DNA from: Hormiphora californensis
Taxonomy: Eukaryota; Animalia; Ctenophora
Direction of reading: 5' to 3'
Assembly: GCA_020137815.1 (NCBI GenBank)
Contig: CM035360.1
Span: forward strand, 6,696,001 to 6,760,000
DNA length: 64,000 nt
The translations under genes were made by a program, and so were the position numbers. Of this stretch, positions 1-48,548 are shown in pieces. The notes under the pieces are model-generated. The model saw only the letters and a list, made by a program, of their open reading frames with translations, was not told the origin of the DNA and did no database searches. Position 1 is the first letter of the stretch. Each line of letters begins with the position of its first letter.

Positions 1-628
1 TGAAGCTGCTGGGTGGTCCCATCTGGCAGTTACCAGTGGTGCTTAGGAATTTGGAGGGAAATGAAGGTGACGGATCACGGAAGTGTTCTGATCAACACAC
101 ACTAATGTAATCTAGAAGAGTGTGTCTACCAAATTATACCCCCTGGTTCACCCTAATTAGAGTATCCTGTGAGGGGGTGAAGTCTGCTGGGAAGTGTGGG
201 GTAAAGTCTGGGTGCTTCATTAATGAAGAGGAGGGCACACGCCGGAAGTTAATCAACGTGGCACCCCCCCCCCTCTCCTCCATATCTAGAGAGAGAGCTG
301 ATAGAGGGGAGTGTGATACCGCCCCAGCACAGTGCCCCCTCCACCCCAGCGTATCTAGAGATATGTAGAGTGTGAGACCGCCCTCTTTAGACTAGCACAC
401 CCCTTGACACAGGTGTAAAGTGGCCCTATATCTGATGAGGATGATAAACAAGAAAGAGACATTGATCAGATACACCTGTTCTAATATAGGTGAACTGACT
501 GGCCATTTTAACAGTACACCCATCTCTCACCATTAAACAATAACCTTTGTTGAAGATGATCACCCAATTAACTGGTTGTTTGTTGATAGGGCTATTGTGT
601 TGTGGTTAACCCTCCTGATGTCTCTCTA

Positions 629-7223
<6,595 letters not shown>

Positions 7224-10200
7224 TCCATCTTTGTTGTAGTGGAGACCCGTAACAAGCAAGAATTTTACTCAGCATGGCTTTGAGGCCACCAACACCCCAG
7301 TCGCAAGTGCAGTTATTATGCGGTATATGTTATGTGATGATGATGATGATGGAGTTGATATACCGGGGGGAGATTTGACCAATAGGGAACGGTATCTTAG
7401 GTCACGTGATATCTCTCCAATACAATGATTGATTAGATGTAAACATGCAAGTGTTGTTGCTGTGTGATATAGAAAGTAGGGGGTAGGTGCAGTAATTGTC
7501 TCATGATAGAGAGGAAGAGAGAATGATCATCAGAGAGATAGAGAAGGAGATATATAGTGGGAGAATGATCATCAGAATGATAGAGAGGGATGATATACCA
7601 ATGTCTAACTATGAGTCTCCGGAAGGTGGCCACGCCAGCACGACTACTGCTAACAGGGGGAGACTGTAACGTCATGTCAGGAACAAGGTGTGAGATGACG
7701 ACACACATTGATTAAACTGTGATTTACCAGTCTGTATGTAAGGTGTTGAGCTACCATGGTCTGTGATATGTAATGGCAATTACCAGCCTGTGTCTATGTT
7801 GTATGTTTAGGGGGTATTAGACGAGTGTTGTGTGTATCCTGTATGTAGAGGGTAGTGAAGTGCACATGTAGGAGGGTAGTCAAGGGGCCCGAGGGAGGGG
7901 AAGGTGAGTTTAAAAGATGCTACATCTCAATTTTGATTGCAGCAACTGCAAGCCCCCCTCTAGACATAATAGAAGAGAGGATGAGAATCAAAGATCATTC
8001 GTCTGCTAGAGTTTCACTTATAATAATTGAGGGCCTCAACATTGATCACTTTCCCTTTACACTTCCCTCTCAAATAGTACTGATCCCCCTCTAACTTTAT
8101 TACCCGAATATTGATTGAGTTACAGACTGGGGAGCTATCACCTTTAGCTAGAAGTAGAGGTGTATTTGAAAAGTATGATACCTGAGTCCCACTCCTCTCT
8201 GTCTGTCTCCCCTTCTATCTGTATCCCCTCTGACCTCTCCCTATCTATGTCTTCTCTCTGTCTCCCCTCCGTGTCTAGCACTGTTTACTCTTCAACAAAA
8301 AAACTGACAAAAAATCAACGATAAAATTACCCTGTCTCTCACCACAGTACACTTCTGCTAATTTCAGATTATTGTGTGGCCCTAACAACTATCCATTTCT
8401 TCGATATTATAGTTTGGTTTTCCACTGAGCACTTTCCTGTCAACAAGGGTAGAAGGGTAGAAGTTTAGTTCTGCTAGACCAGGGAAATAGACAGTGGTAC
8501 AATTAGCACAAGTGGAGGGAGGAGGAGTTTTCGATAAAATCTGATAGGAATTTACAGGGTATCACAATTCAGGGGGGCACTCTCAGTAATCGTTCTAACA
8601 ACAATTCCTGGGAGATAGTTAGGGAGAGATGAGAGAGATAGATGAAGGAGTTAGAGAGATGAGAGAAAGATGAGGAGTTAGATAGAAATGAGGGGAGGGG
8701 AGGAATTAACAGAAGAAGAGGGCCAATGAAGGATATATTCGATCATAAAATGAGGTGCAGTATTTCTGCTACCTAGATCCAACTTGGGAGAAGGGTGTGC
8801 TACTAGCAGGGAGAATATTCTGTTGCTGATGCCCCAAGTTGGTGCTCGGTGTCCCCCAATGCTTTTGTGAGAGGGCTAGCTACTGCTGGTGTGTTGTTGT
8901 TAGGGGGCAAGCAAGAGATAAAGGGAGTACCCCCTTTTTAAAAACTTCTGCGTGAAACAATAGAGCAGCTCGACCCTTTTATTGTACCATCTAAATTCTA
9001 ATTTAGTGCACTAAGAGTGGCTGAAGGATACAAAGGGCCCCTTTCTGTGCCACTTTTAGTAGCAGGCCCGTAGCAGCTGTGCGTGGGAGAAAGTAAGAAG
9101 TGAGATATGAAGATATAATAGAACACTCTGTATCTCTGTTGAGATCAGATCGACAGAGGGAAGCCATTTGAAAGGGTTGTGTTGCAAAAAGTAGCAAACT
9201 TTTAGCGGCTTCTTCCTACTGATCTATCTTGGGTTTCTTGTCAGGTACGATAAAAAGAGAGAAAGATAGAAAGAGAGAGAAGATGATATAGGTCTCACAG
9301 TGTCCGGATACAATCAAATGTTTCCCAGGATCTATGCTTTCCCAGGATAATAGGTGAGAGGTACTCTCACCTGAGAGTGGCCCTGAAAGGGGTGAAATCT
9401 AGTCAGGTGGTAAACATACTAAAACTGCGAAATTACGGGGTGGTAAAAGAGAATCATAAATTAGAACGAGACACACAAAGAACACATATACATTTGCATC
9501 TTCAAATCTCTCTCTCTCTCAAATAAAAAACCTTTACAAACCATCATGAGGTGAAACCTAAATAATACATCACTCCTGATCAATTGAGTGTGGGAAGATT
9601 GGACAAAATATAATGGGACTAACAGAAAATGTGAGGGAGCTAGACAACTATAATCTTTGTGAGAAAAACAAACAAACAAACAACAAGTTTCCTATAAGGT
9701 TAACAAAAATGAGGGCAGTAGTAACGTTATTACTAAAACAGTCTGACTATGTGAGGATGCCTTTCTACTGGCTGAGTTTATCGCTTCACTATTACTTCCA
9801 TCACCACCCTCTACCTCATTGTTTATATCATACCCATCCGTTTTAATCTTCTTGTCTGACCACGGGGTGTTGGTAAAAGGATCAAACCAATCTGTCTGTG
9901 TGACGGTGGGGTCCCGCTCTGGGAAATCATGGTTTACCCAATACGGCTGGGTGGGATACTGCCTCGCTGTTGGCTGTTTCTCGGTCTGGGGTTTACTGTC
10001 AGCAACAGGTTCTTTCTCTGTTTCCAGATTCTCAGCTTCCCTGGAGAACGGAAACGATTAGCCGAGAGGAGAAGAGGGGGTATGTGTTATTATACACCTT
10101 CAATAGAGAGGAGCGAGAAAACGGGTATTTCCTATCGATAGCGATTGAGAAAGATTAGGAAGCGGCGCGAGAGAGAAAAGAGAAACATAGAGGGAGAGAT

Positions 10201-10338
10201 AAAGGAGAGATAAAAGAGTCATACGGAGATTAAAGATGTACAGAATATGTGGGCAGAATATAATTCCTCTATATAATAATGTCTCTGTAGTGTACCTCTC
10301 TATCGGTCGATCAGGGATAGGAGGGACGGGAGGGTACT

Positions 10339-10435
10339 CGGTGAAAGCATCAAATGTTGATGTACGGAGGACTTTCTTCTGTTTGTTCGATGATACACTG
10401 ATAAACAGTAACCAGAATACTATCACTGATAACAT
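10339..10435 (-). CDS. Possible first exon (signal peptide-like) of an unidentified minus-strand gene extending left
   Basis: GCC-ATG, MLSVIVFWLLFISVSS, followed by a possible GT donor; another exon-like open segment at 1-87 (EHFRDPSPSFPSKF...). No family recognised. Confidence 0.25.
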
Positions 10436-11998
10436 GGCGTCTGAACTATAACAGTTGGGATAGGCGATCAGTAACGGTGTATACAGCGACTCAAAAACAG
10501 CCGATTGTTCAACTTATAGATTCAGTAATGGTGTATTGATTCAGTAATGGTTTACAAGTTTACAAATAAAGCTTTAGCTAGTACATGTCTTCCCTTAGTG
10601 GGTCTACCTAAAATAAACTAAGATATCAGCGGATGACAGAATTTTAGAATGCAACTTAAAATGTTTACTCACACAAATCTGTACTGCTCAACACGAAACT
10701 GAGAGGGGGAGGTAGACTACAAATATATGATATATGCTACTGGGGGCCGGCAACTATTCCGGTAAACGGGTATGACGTCAGAATCTATTCAATTAATCCA
10801 ATGACTCTGCATGCCATCACAGAGGGGACCGTCTAGGCAAAGTGACAAATTGCAACCTGGGCGTCAACTAGCAATACAACGCAAACGAAACATTCACCCA
10901 GGTCACAGGTGGTAGACCAGCTGGTTTCGAGCTAGGCGGCAGCTGGCTTCAAAGTTAAAACTAACACGTCCATATGGCGATGAACAACGTCACGATATTC
11001 CTAATCAGAGCATCAATGCGGTAACACAAGACGTTAAATGAATTGTGCCCTGATTCCGTCGCGTGGCCCGAACACGACTGAAGCGAGCTAAAATAGTTGG
11101 AAATTCCGAAGTTTTCGTGTGTCTATCGATTTTCGCGCCGCGCACAAGCCGTTTTTCAAAATGCGTCGCACAATGAAAAATGATCGCGGCAGACGTTTAA
11201 AATTGACAAATGCCGCGCATAAAACCGGATCTTGCCATCATTAGAAAAAAGAGCAAAGATTTTGCAAACATTTTTGAGAGCTGAGAAAAAAAATCTAAAA
11301 ATTCATCTTTGCTGCTTGCTTCACACGGAATTGTAAATCTAAGAACCCAAATTCACCCCAAACACTGATATTTACCACCGGACATGTCCCTTAACCGGGT
11401 TCGGTGTCGATTATCTTTCAACACGAACAAAGACACCGCTAACTCGGCGGGGGAGGGGCCTAGTTCCAGCAATACCGTGTCAGCTGTGTCCGCCGCCTAT
11501 CACGGCTAAAGGATCAGGTACGACGTGGCAGAAATAACATGACTGTTTTTAGTGAGGTTCAATTTGAAGTGTGTATAAAAGTGTAATTTGACCCCTTGGC
11601 CCTTTCAGAAAACGGTAACATCGATTGAGGCACATAAGCGTCGACTTGATTACATGAGGGGCCTCGCGACCGAGTTAGATAAGACACGATGGATGTACCC
11701 GCCTCTCCCTAAAGAGCTGTGCCGCAGTAACCAATGAGAGCGAGACACGAAAGGAGATGATATAATTGAATTACTCGCTTAGATTCCGGTGAACAATAAC
11801 TTTTCTTCAGACGATCTTTCGGAGCCCCCGATTATGTTTTGTTAGTCCAGTATGATTATATTCCCGTTATTTTTATAAGCGCTCCTGCTACCCTGTTTTC
11901 AGTTATCATAACATTATGATTATATTAAATATTTCATTCGTTTCTTTCGATTCTTCTTGGAGTCCCCCCCCCCCCTAATCTAAGACTCCATCATAGCA

Positions 11999-12961
11999 AT
12001 GTTGAAGCTTCTAGTAGCTCTTTCTGTGGTCCTCTTTGTGTACGCATCGGAGGACACCACCGTTGAGTTCGATGTGTCCAAGGACGACACTGTAGAGGAG
12101 GAGGTCCCTGCCGAGGAAGAGAAGGCTGAGGTTAAAGTGCCTAAACTCAAGGACGAGGACAAGCTTGATCCCCCTCCCACTTTGTCTCAGTTGAAAGCAT
12201 CACAGGTTGTTCTCCCCGAGCTGAATGGACTCCAGTCCCCCGATGTGAGCCAATGCATGGAGGAGAGTCAGTACAAGAACACTGATGCCATTGAAAATGA
12301 TAGTGAGTAGACTGTAATTTTAGGAGGCATTTAGGATACATAGCAACACACTATTCATGTTCCCTAGCTCGGTCTGAAAATACAGCCACCAACCCTCATT
12401 CCAAAACATCCACTAACTCTCTCTCTGTTTCAAAATACACAACATCCACTAACTCTCTCCGTTTCAAAATACACAATATCCACTAACTCTCTCCGTTTCA
12501 AAATACACAACACCCACTAACTCTCTCTCCGTTTCCTAGGTGATATGCTGTGTGCATTCATTGCCTTCCAAGCCAACAAAGACATGAGTGAGCCCGGAAA
12601 CAAAGTCTACGCCAGTAGGGAGGAGGCTACCATGCGATATGGAATCTTCAAATCATGTGTCACCAACGTACAGGAGATCAACGCTGATAAATCGAGATCT
12701 TGGCGTGCCGGTGAGTTATTGGGCCCATGGTAGCGAGATAATCATTTCCACAACTTCCTAGTTTCTTCTCTAACTTCCCCCTCCTTCCCATCCCTCCTCT
12801 CTCTCCTAGGTGTAAATCTGTTCTGTGACATGACCGATAGTGAGAGGTACCCTTATTTCCATGGACTGAGGAACCCCGACGAGGAAAATGAGCTGGGAGC
12901 TGAGGAGGGTGATGATAAAGTTAGGAGGGGAGGTATGCTTCTCGGAGCTGCCCGACCCTAG
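11999..12961 (+). CDS. Secreted cathepsin propeptide-like inhibitor (I29 domain), 3 exons (11999-12302, 12540-12710, 12810-12961)
   Basis: Signal peptide MLKLLVALSVVLFVYA, acidic linker, then KVYASREEATMRYGIFKSCVTNVQEIN (ERFNIN-like) and GVNLFCDMT (GxNxFxD) across in-phase GT-AG introns; stop TAG at 12959-12961; no papain catalytic domain found downstream. Confidence 0.8.
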
Positions 12962-13281
12962 AGATACAAGGAGGAAAGTGTGAGAGAGAGAGAAATGTAC
13001 TAATGGGAGTTAAATCAAGATACTAATAACATATATATTTTTGTAAAGTTATAAACACAGTTTTTTGGCTGTTTTAAAATGTGAACAAGAGTTTTAAACA
13101 TTTTCTAGCGTTATAATTATTTCATTCAATAGTAACACATATATAATCACCGTTAATTATATTGCTGATTTGTCAAAAACTTTCTGCGTTTTACTTTTTC
13201 CAATATAATACACATGACGTGATATTAAAATAAGATATTATCAATGAAGAATGGGAGTCTACTAAAAGTTCATATTCAGAT

Positions 13282-16200
13282 ATGGAAACTTCAGAGTCAG
13301 AGTATGACGGTAGCAGACAGAGACTAGTATCTGATAATAGTAGAGGAAGTTTTTGCTCTGCACTGTCCCGATCACAGGTTGGTACTTTATTTATATCAGA
13401 CTCTTAACAATCTGACAATTTAACATTTCAACATTCATCTATCTGGGAATATTTAACTTTACTATGGGACCCATAGTATGGGTGTATGTGTGTGCGGTGG
13501 AAACATTTGTTGTATGGCAAGGGCACATTTTGTGTTGCTAAATGTTGTTTCAATACCGCGTGTAAACGTTTTAATAGTGTTAGCCAAGCTGTGTGTGGTT
13601 CGACAACAACACATCACACACACACACACACCTTTGCAACAAGCAACCAAGCAACTCTCCTTGTATTTCTCACTTTTTCTGCCTTCTCTCTACACATATC
13701 ACTCCGAGAAAACCTACCTAAAATATATAATTCTCAGCACTTCTACCTTCCATTCTCTCTGATCACCTTGGCTGTGTAGCAGCCTGTGTGAGGGGATCGC
13801 CCTACGCACGCACGAACAGGGGGGCGCGACGTGCCCAAGCCCCAACTGATCACCTCTCCAATCCCAGATAATACCTCAAGAGGTGTTCCAGACAACCAGA
13901 TTAAGATGGTACATCCTCTTTACATTCTGCTATATGGGGCTAATACAGGGATTCATTGGAAACTGCTGGGGACCTATAGCTGCTGTAATGCACGATGAGT
14001 TCAAATGGAGTTATAAGGTACGAGATAACCATGAGTAATACCATGGCCAAAAAAAACGTATGGTACGTCGAGCCTCATATCTCCCAAATCTTAACTTCGA
14101 TCACTCTGATATTTTGACACAATGTTTGTATGGGTACTCATTCGAGGAATCCGGAGTTTCAATTCTTAAATCTTCAAAATTCATTAATGAACTCAATTTT
14201 TCATTTTTCGGGTTTTTCGAGGTTTTCTCTTGTTTATATTCAATTTTATTCTTAAAAATGACCGCCATGCATTAGAGTGAACAATAATAAATGGCAATCT
14301 GCATTTTTGTTAAAATTGAATCAAGTTTAGTGGGTGAAATAAACAATATAAAACTGTTCATTTTTACCGAAAATCGTTTTTGACCCGTTTTGACGAGAAA
14401 TCGGTAATTTCAGGCGCTATAAATTGGTACAGCCATTGCACTAGATCAATGTTGATGTTAGCCGGAATTTTAGCTCTCTATCTCAAAGTTCATTTTTCCG
14501 ACTGGAATGAATCCTGAATGAACTTGAAAACAGGAATGCTTTTTCATACCGGAATTTCACAGTCGCATTCGGGTATCGATTTTCTTTCAAACGCGATTAA
14601 TTTTAGCCCAATTGGACCATCACAAGAGACACAGTGGCCAGTTTTCTAACCCTAGGTCTGGTCATGTAACCCCTATTGAGACGCTAGTGTCATTACAAAG
14701 TGCCAATAAGCAGTTGTAACGGTCGAGTATCACGTATCACATGTTGTCGTACCGCACCCCGCGACAAAGTGGTTAAGGAGAGTTAGAACATAAGATGTTC
14801 CAATTCTAGAGCTGAGTGCTAAAAACAGATTTGCGTGTAAATAATTTAATGGCTATTGATCTCCTAAAAGCATTTACCAAATAATCCTCTCTCTCTTCCC
14901 TCCACGTCTATCTCCACTGCTAACTCCCCATTCTCCAGACAAGTTCTCTACTTGCTACCTGGACGGCTGTATTCTTCCTGCCTGGCGCCCTGGCCTTCCC
15001 TCCCCTAATGGCCCTAACTAACATGAGAGGGGTCATGTTAGGCAATGCAACCCTAATGGCCATCACTGGAGTACTCAAGGTGCGATTTGGAGAGTGTGTT
15101 GTGATTTCTGGCCTCTAAAAAGATGCTAATTTTGAAATGTGGTACTTCTGTTCTGTAAAAAGATTCCAATTTTGGACACTATTATCACTATTCTAACAGC
15201 TCTTCTTCTCTCTCCAGATATTATCAGTGACAGTGTTTCCCATCTCTCAACTGGTTTACCTGGCACATATAACCCAGATCCTGAATGGGCTGGCTGGTGC
15301 AGTACCTTTCTCGGGCCTAATGTACATCACAGTCAATTGGTTCCCTCCCTCTGAACAAATCCTAGCAAGTGGCGCTGTCCTATCTTGTTTAAACCTAGGT
15401 AGGTACAATAAAATAGGAGCTGTGCTGTGTTGTCTCATGAGATTGCGCTCAATCTAGGTAGGCCCGGTGTAGAGATTTGAGAGAATTGTATTTTGAACAA
15501 ACACCTCTGTCCACCAGTTTCTGTCGCCTGTCATGGTGCACAATTGTGCAATTTCCGTGTGTCTACCCGGTACCGTGTAACTACCATGTTTATGTTTGAC
15601 ATGGTCAGACAGTCGACGGTGACAGTTGAAATGAGATGAAAAGTCAATATTAGCTTCGGGACAAATTTAGCACCATAGGTCATATTAGAGAAGAACGGTG
15701 TTCTTTTCTCCCCTCTCTCTCTTTTCGTTTAGAATCCTCGAGTAGAAGGTGGGCAGGTTATATTTTTCTCACCTTCTTTCAAATCAGAGCTCGGTCATTT
15801 CTTTCTCTAACACGTTTTCAGTGGCCAGCTGTTTCAACAAATCTAATTTACATCTTTCTGCCCCCTCTCTCTCTATGTCTTATTGACACAGCATGAAATA
15901 ACGTCTGTTTAGATTTAAAGGTACCATTTTGAGTAGAGCGGTTTTAGGAATATGTATTATAAATGAGCCAGTGATCAGTGATCACAATATTTATTGAATC
16001 TAAAGGAACATACCTATATTGAAAATGAAAGTATTGAGAGAGCCTAAATATAATCCTCTCCCATATGACAGGAATAGCAGTTCCCTTTCTGCTGGGAACG
16101 TCCCTGATTCCCGATACTAATAGCAGTTCTACCAACATGCTGTCATTATTCGGACAGACCGAAATGGACCATGACACGACATTCTATCAGCACCGACTTA

Positions 16201-18598
16201 GGTAATTATGGAGATCACCTAGATATTTTGATATTGTGTGGTCATTCTGTGATGGTTCGGTGGATCAAATATGTTGGTGCGGGATTAAATAAATAATTTT
16301 CAGATGTTTACTTTGCACGTATCATGGTGTGGATTTGTTGAAATATCTCAGATTCACAAACAGTTTGAATTACAAACAGAATGAGTGTCGTGTATCACCC
16401 CCTCCTTATCAGACTGAGCTCTGCATCTGTACGCCATTTCAGTGCCAAGTTCTACAACCTTTACATGATATTCACGATTCAATCACGTGAATTCACGTGA
16501 ATTCATGAATTATTCACGATTCAAAACTCACCGCATCAGACTTCAACCTGCATATTCCAATCGTATAAAGACACGTCATCAAATTCAACGTTTCATATTG
16601 TATGAAACGTTGAATTTGATCATATATCCGGTTGCTACGTCCAAATCCAATCATAATGATATTATATATTATGGTAATAACATTATGATAATATTACCCT
16701 CCCATCCCAGGTGGTACAACCTAGTTCAAGGTGTTAGTCTGATCATGGTTCTATGTTTCACCCTTATATACTTCCCCTCCAAACCCAAGTACGCTCCTGC
16801 CCCCTCCGCTGTTACTGTGCGACGAAACCTAAAAGAGGTACATCACTAGATCCAAACCAGCCTCGCTTTGTTCGACCCTCTCTATCCGCGATAATTTATG
16901 TTAAGGAGGGTTATTAGAACATAACAAATCCAAACAAAAGCCCCGAATATTTGAAACAGAGCATGCTTAAAGAGTTTGTGTTGCCCACAGGGAATCCAGA
17001 TACTCCTGAGAAGAGGTCATTTCTGGTTGGTTGTAGCTGCATTCTCTCTCACCACGTAAGTAATGTCATCATGTTGCCCTCTCTCTCTTTCAAATGTTGT
17101 AAACAGGGTTAGAACATAACAAGTCATCATACTGATTGCTGGTAGTTATTAGTTCAGATCACTCACATTCAGAGCGGTAATTGGTAGCTGCGGTTTTCCT
17201 AACTGCCCATTCTTCCCACACACACAAGATGTTATTTTCTCTCAGGGGTGTATTCAATGGATATGGAATGGTGCTTGTTGCAGTGCTCCAAAAGAGTGAA
17301 ATATCCGAGACTACAGCGGGGTATATCGGGTTTGCAGCCCTCCTCTCATCTGTAGTCGCTAATTTCCTTATCGGGGGACTGGGGGCGGTGTTTCCATCTC
17401 GCAAGGTTAGAGCGTGTGGTTATTTATAACGTCGCGTGACGGGGTAGTGAGGTAACTGTACTGGGAGAGGAGATGTAACACGCGATACCTCACTTGTGGA
17501 GGAGTGCGCGCGAGAGTGTTTGGGTTTGAGTGCGCGCGCAGTGAATCGTTCTTGGGGATGTCGAGTTGTCGCTGTCAGTTGACAACTTGACTTGTGAAGA
17601 CACTGACTGTACATCGCGCCTCACGTAGCCGCACCGGGCCTTCGGTGCCTTGTTTCGGCCTTGTTTATCTCGTGCTAATGTTCTATCCACTAAACTCAAC
17701 CTCCCCCCACAGAAGTTACTGGTGGTTTCATTTATTGCCCTTGGAACGATCTGTCTGGCAGTGTTTGTGGGAGAGATAGAATTCTGGTTACCCCGTAGTA
17801 TGCCCCTTGTGTGGGTGATGGTAGTTTCAGGGGTCATGTGTCTTACAGGTAATTATAGGGATCTGATAGTGTAAGTAACTGTTGGAATTGTCAATTGGGA
17901 ACTTGAGAACGTGGCCAAGACAATCTTAAGTTTTGGGCCCCCGTCCCTATTTTTATTACCTACCATCTTAGGCCCTTATCCTCTTCATTAACCCCCTAAC
18001 CCCATCTACAGGTTGTGCCCCTCTGTTATTCGACCAAAGTGCTGAGGCATCACTTTCTGTCAGTGAGGAGTTATCCAGTACTGTAATGGTGATGGGGGTA
18101 CAGGTCACTTCAATGGTCTTTACTGGTATCATTCAACTCAGTAAGCGAACTGAACTGACAATTTCTAACTTCTAACTGTGTCTTGAAACTGTGTTGAAAA
18201 GTTTGAAATTAATTTGAGGCTGATGAAGATGTTGTTACATCGAAACTGTTCTGATTAATAAACCACCGTAATTTCATCTTGTCCCTGTTGACCCAGCCGG
18301 AAGGAGATACCATCTCTACAAACTATTTCCTATCGTATTCTTGTTTTTTTTATCCAGAAATTGTTAACACCATCCTCTCTCCCTAGTACCAGATGACCAG
18401 AAGGACAAATTGAACTATGTGTTGGTGGCAAGTTTCGCCCTCGCCACCCTCTCAGCAGCCCTATATCGTCCCACACTGACCAGAGAACGAATTAACGCCC
18501 ACTCAATATTGGTTGAAGATCTAGATTGGAGAAGCATACCTCAAATCGAGCATGCCGGAGTTTCTGTGGATTGGGACTTCAGGAGTTTTCAGAGGTAA
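13282..18598 (+). CDS. MFS transporter, SLC49A4/DIRC2 (FLVCR-family)-like, about 11 exons
   Basis: Spliced translation gives RWYILFTFCYMGLIQGFIGNCWGPIA (13868-14017), QILNGLAGAVPF..NWFPPSEQILAS, YFPSKPKYAPAPSA, GVFNGYG..AGYIGF, PLLFDQSAE: hydrophobic helices and motifs resembling SLC49 proteins. First exon (13282-13377) less certain. Confidence 0.8.
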
Positions 18599-19211
18599 AT
18601 TAGAGGGGGAAGAAGACAATAATCAGGACAAACTGAGCTTCTTTGAACAACTTTAGAGTGAGAACAAAGTGATTAAATGAAATTACTGTTCCAAAATTGA
18701 CTGAAACAAACGCAGCTGGTCTGGCGTTTTTGTGAACTTGTAGCCGTGTCTTCTGATAAAATTTTCGTCGAAATAATTTATGATTTGTAGCTAAAACTGT
18801 TTCTATTCTTCGGTGTCAGTGAGTGTCGGGAGTGTAAATTTGTAACCTTTTTACCTTGTATCGTGCTTTGTTACTAAATACTTAATACGCAGAATCAAAT
18901 AAGTGAGTATCTAGTGATTTTGTTGATGTAAATGTTTATATTTTCTGGTGTTCGAATTTCTTGAAATTGAGTAGTTTTACTTGGCCATTATGTTGTAAGC
19001 GGCGAAACGCCATTCAATAAGCTGCCAAAATCGACTGCGCAGTGCGCGCCGCGCGATTTTAATTTCATAGGCAAAAAAAGTTACAAGATTTCAAAAAAAT
19101 TTCCTGTCACTCACTTTTTGTTCCGTCGTTTCTGCGGTGTTTTAGCGCCCAGTTGGTGTCAAATTTCACCCTATCCTGCTTTCATCCTTCTCATTTACCC
19201 CTCTCATAGCC

Positions 19212-33573
<14,362 letters not shown>

Positions 33574-34552
33574 CAAACACTTCAACATGAGAGAGAGAGA
33601 GAGTGCAGTTCTTGAGATCTTCAAATCCTTCAAATTAGTCCGATTAATGTACCTAAAACCCAAATTGACACTTCAAACCTAAACCCCTCGACAACCCCCA
33701 GCCGTCCGCGGAATATTTCCCAATTTTCAACTGAATTACATCTAAAGTGTGGCGCCGTCAGCAGTGTTATCGCGCGGCGGCGCGCCACTTCTCAAATCTA
33801 GATTCGGCCGGTACCCTCTTGTTTTTCAGGCTACCTGGCTACCTTTTTAGCCTCTGTTTTTCTATTTTCTGAGTGTTTATGTTAACCTGTTTATGCTGAA
33901 AACCAACAGGTTACCCTCTGTAACAGCTGTTTTATCCAATATCTGGTGTTTTACTATATCCCTTTCCCCCGCGGCCCGCACCCCAAAACTAACCCCCCAC
34001 ACCTCTAACCCCTCCCCTTATTATTATAGCTGCTACATGTTCATTACTGAGTAATATCTGTATCTGAAGGAGAGTGAGATGCAGTGGGAATGCATCTAAA
34101 ACCACCCAGTGGAACCCTCTTCTCGGTAGGTTCAATATTCTATACATATAAATATAGATCTCTTCGGACCTGGGACCTCCCAATAGTTGTAGATCCGGGG
34201 GAGGGGGGAGGGGTAATATCACAAGTGTAATATATATCTCCTCCCTCTTTTGTGTGATTTAATATTCCCAAGAAGGGTATCTGTATTATTATTTCTAATT
34301 TCCCTTCCGTGTTTGATACCCCCTCGTTCTTCTGTGTTGGGTCCCTCCCAAGACACGTCACTGCGTATAAAACTGTGTAGTACACCCGACACCAAACTCC
34401 CCTCTGGTTTTTAACCTCTCCTCTAGTTTCACAGCCATTCTAACAGTATATGGGTCATTTTATCCGTGATCCATTTCTAAAGAAAGATCAGACCCCCTCC
34501 TGTAGAAACTAAGATGTTCCATTTCTCCCCCATATAGAAACCTGTAGGCGAT

Positions 34553-47707
<13,155 letters not shown>

Positions 47708-47729
47708 AGAAGCGAACAGATCATCATTC

Positions 47730-47950
47730 CCACCACTACCACTAACCGGACCCCCTCCTCACAGAGCGGCCCAGCAACAAGCCCACACTGCCACCTCACA
47801 CCCCTACCACCACTATTATACTAACTGGACCCCCACCCCCTCACAGAGCGGCCCAGCAACAAGCCCACACTGCCACCTCACACCCCCACCGCACCGCACT
47901 ACTAACTGGACCCCCCCCCCCCTCACAGAGCGGCCCAGCAACAAGCCCAG
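47730..47950. repeat. Three ~80-bp tandem repeats at the ZMYND8 3' end
   Basis: ACTAAC(C/T)GGACCCC..CACAGAGCGGCCCAGCAACAAGCCCA repeated three times. Confidence 0.85.
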
Positions 47951-48511
47951 ATGGATGGGATGGTGCTAGCGAGGCAGGTGGCTGCTGACCCCGGATCTCC
48001 CCCTGATGTTCTGCAGGAGCATCTCAATGATCGGCCTGACTGATACACCCACCCCGTGAAATATACTAGGTAGGTTTACTAAAGGGGTTTACTAAAGGGG
48101 TAGTACTAGGCACGTAGTCCGGGAAAGGGGAGGAGTAACATGTTGTGTTCTATTAGGGTTGCCGGTTCTAATTCTTCCAAACTAACACCCTCTCTATTTT
48201 CAGGAATTTTAACTTCAGATTTATGTATGACACGGTCTCCTCGTTTTGTACACCTCCCTTCTACTCGGTTTCCTCCTGGCTCCCCTCCCCAAGGATCTAT
48301 AATATAATCCTCCTTTATATATATAATGGGACAATACAGATATAAACACTGTTTAAACACGGCCCCCGATATGTTTTTACTCCGAGAGAAAGTATCATCT
48401 AATAAAGTGATTGTTTTACAAATCCCCGCATGTGTGAGAGAGTGTGTTTTCACCCCCTAAAATATTGTCAATACTCAATATATTATGATTGCCACACGAG
48501 AGTAGTATTGT

Positions 48512-48548
<37 letters not shown>

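Noticed and set aside
14020-14780. Transposon-like intronic insert ending GTGGTTAA
   Set aside because: No matching left TIR or TSD could be identified, so it is not called.
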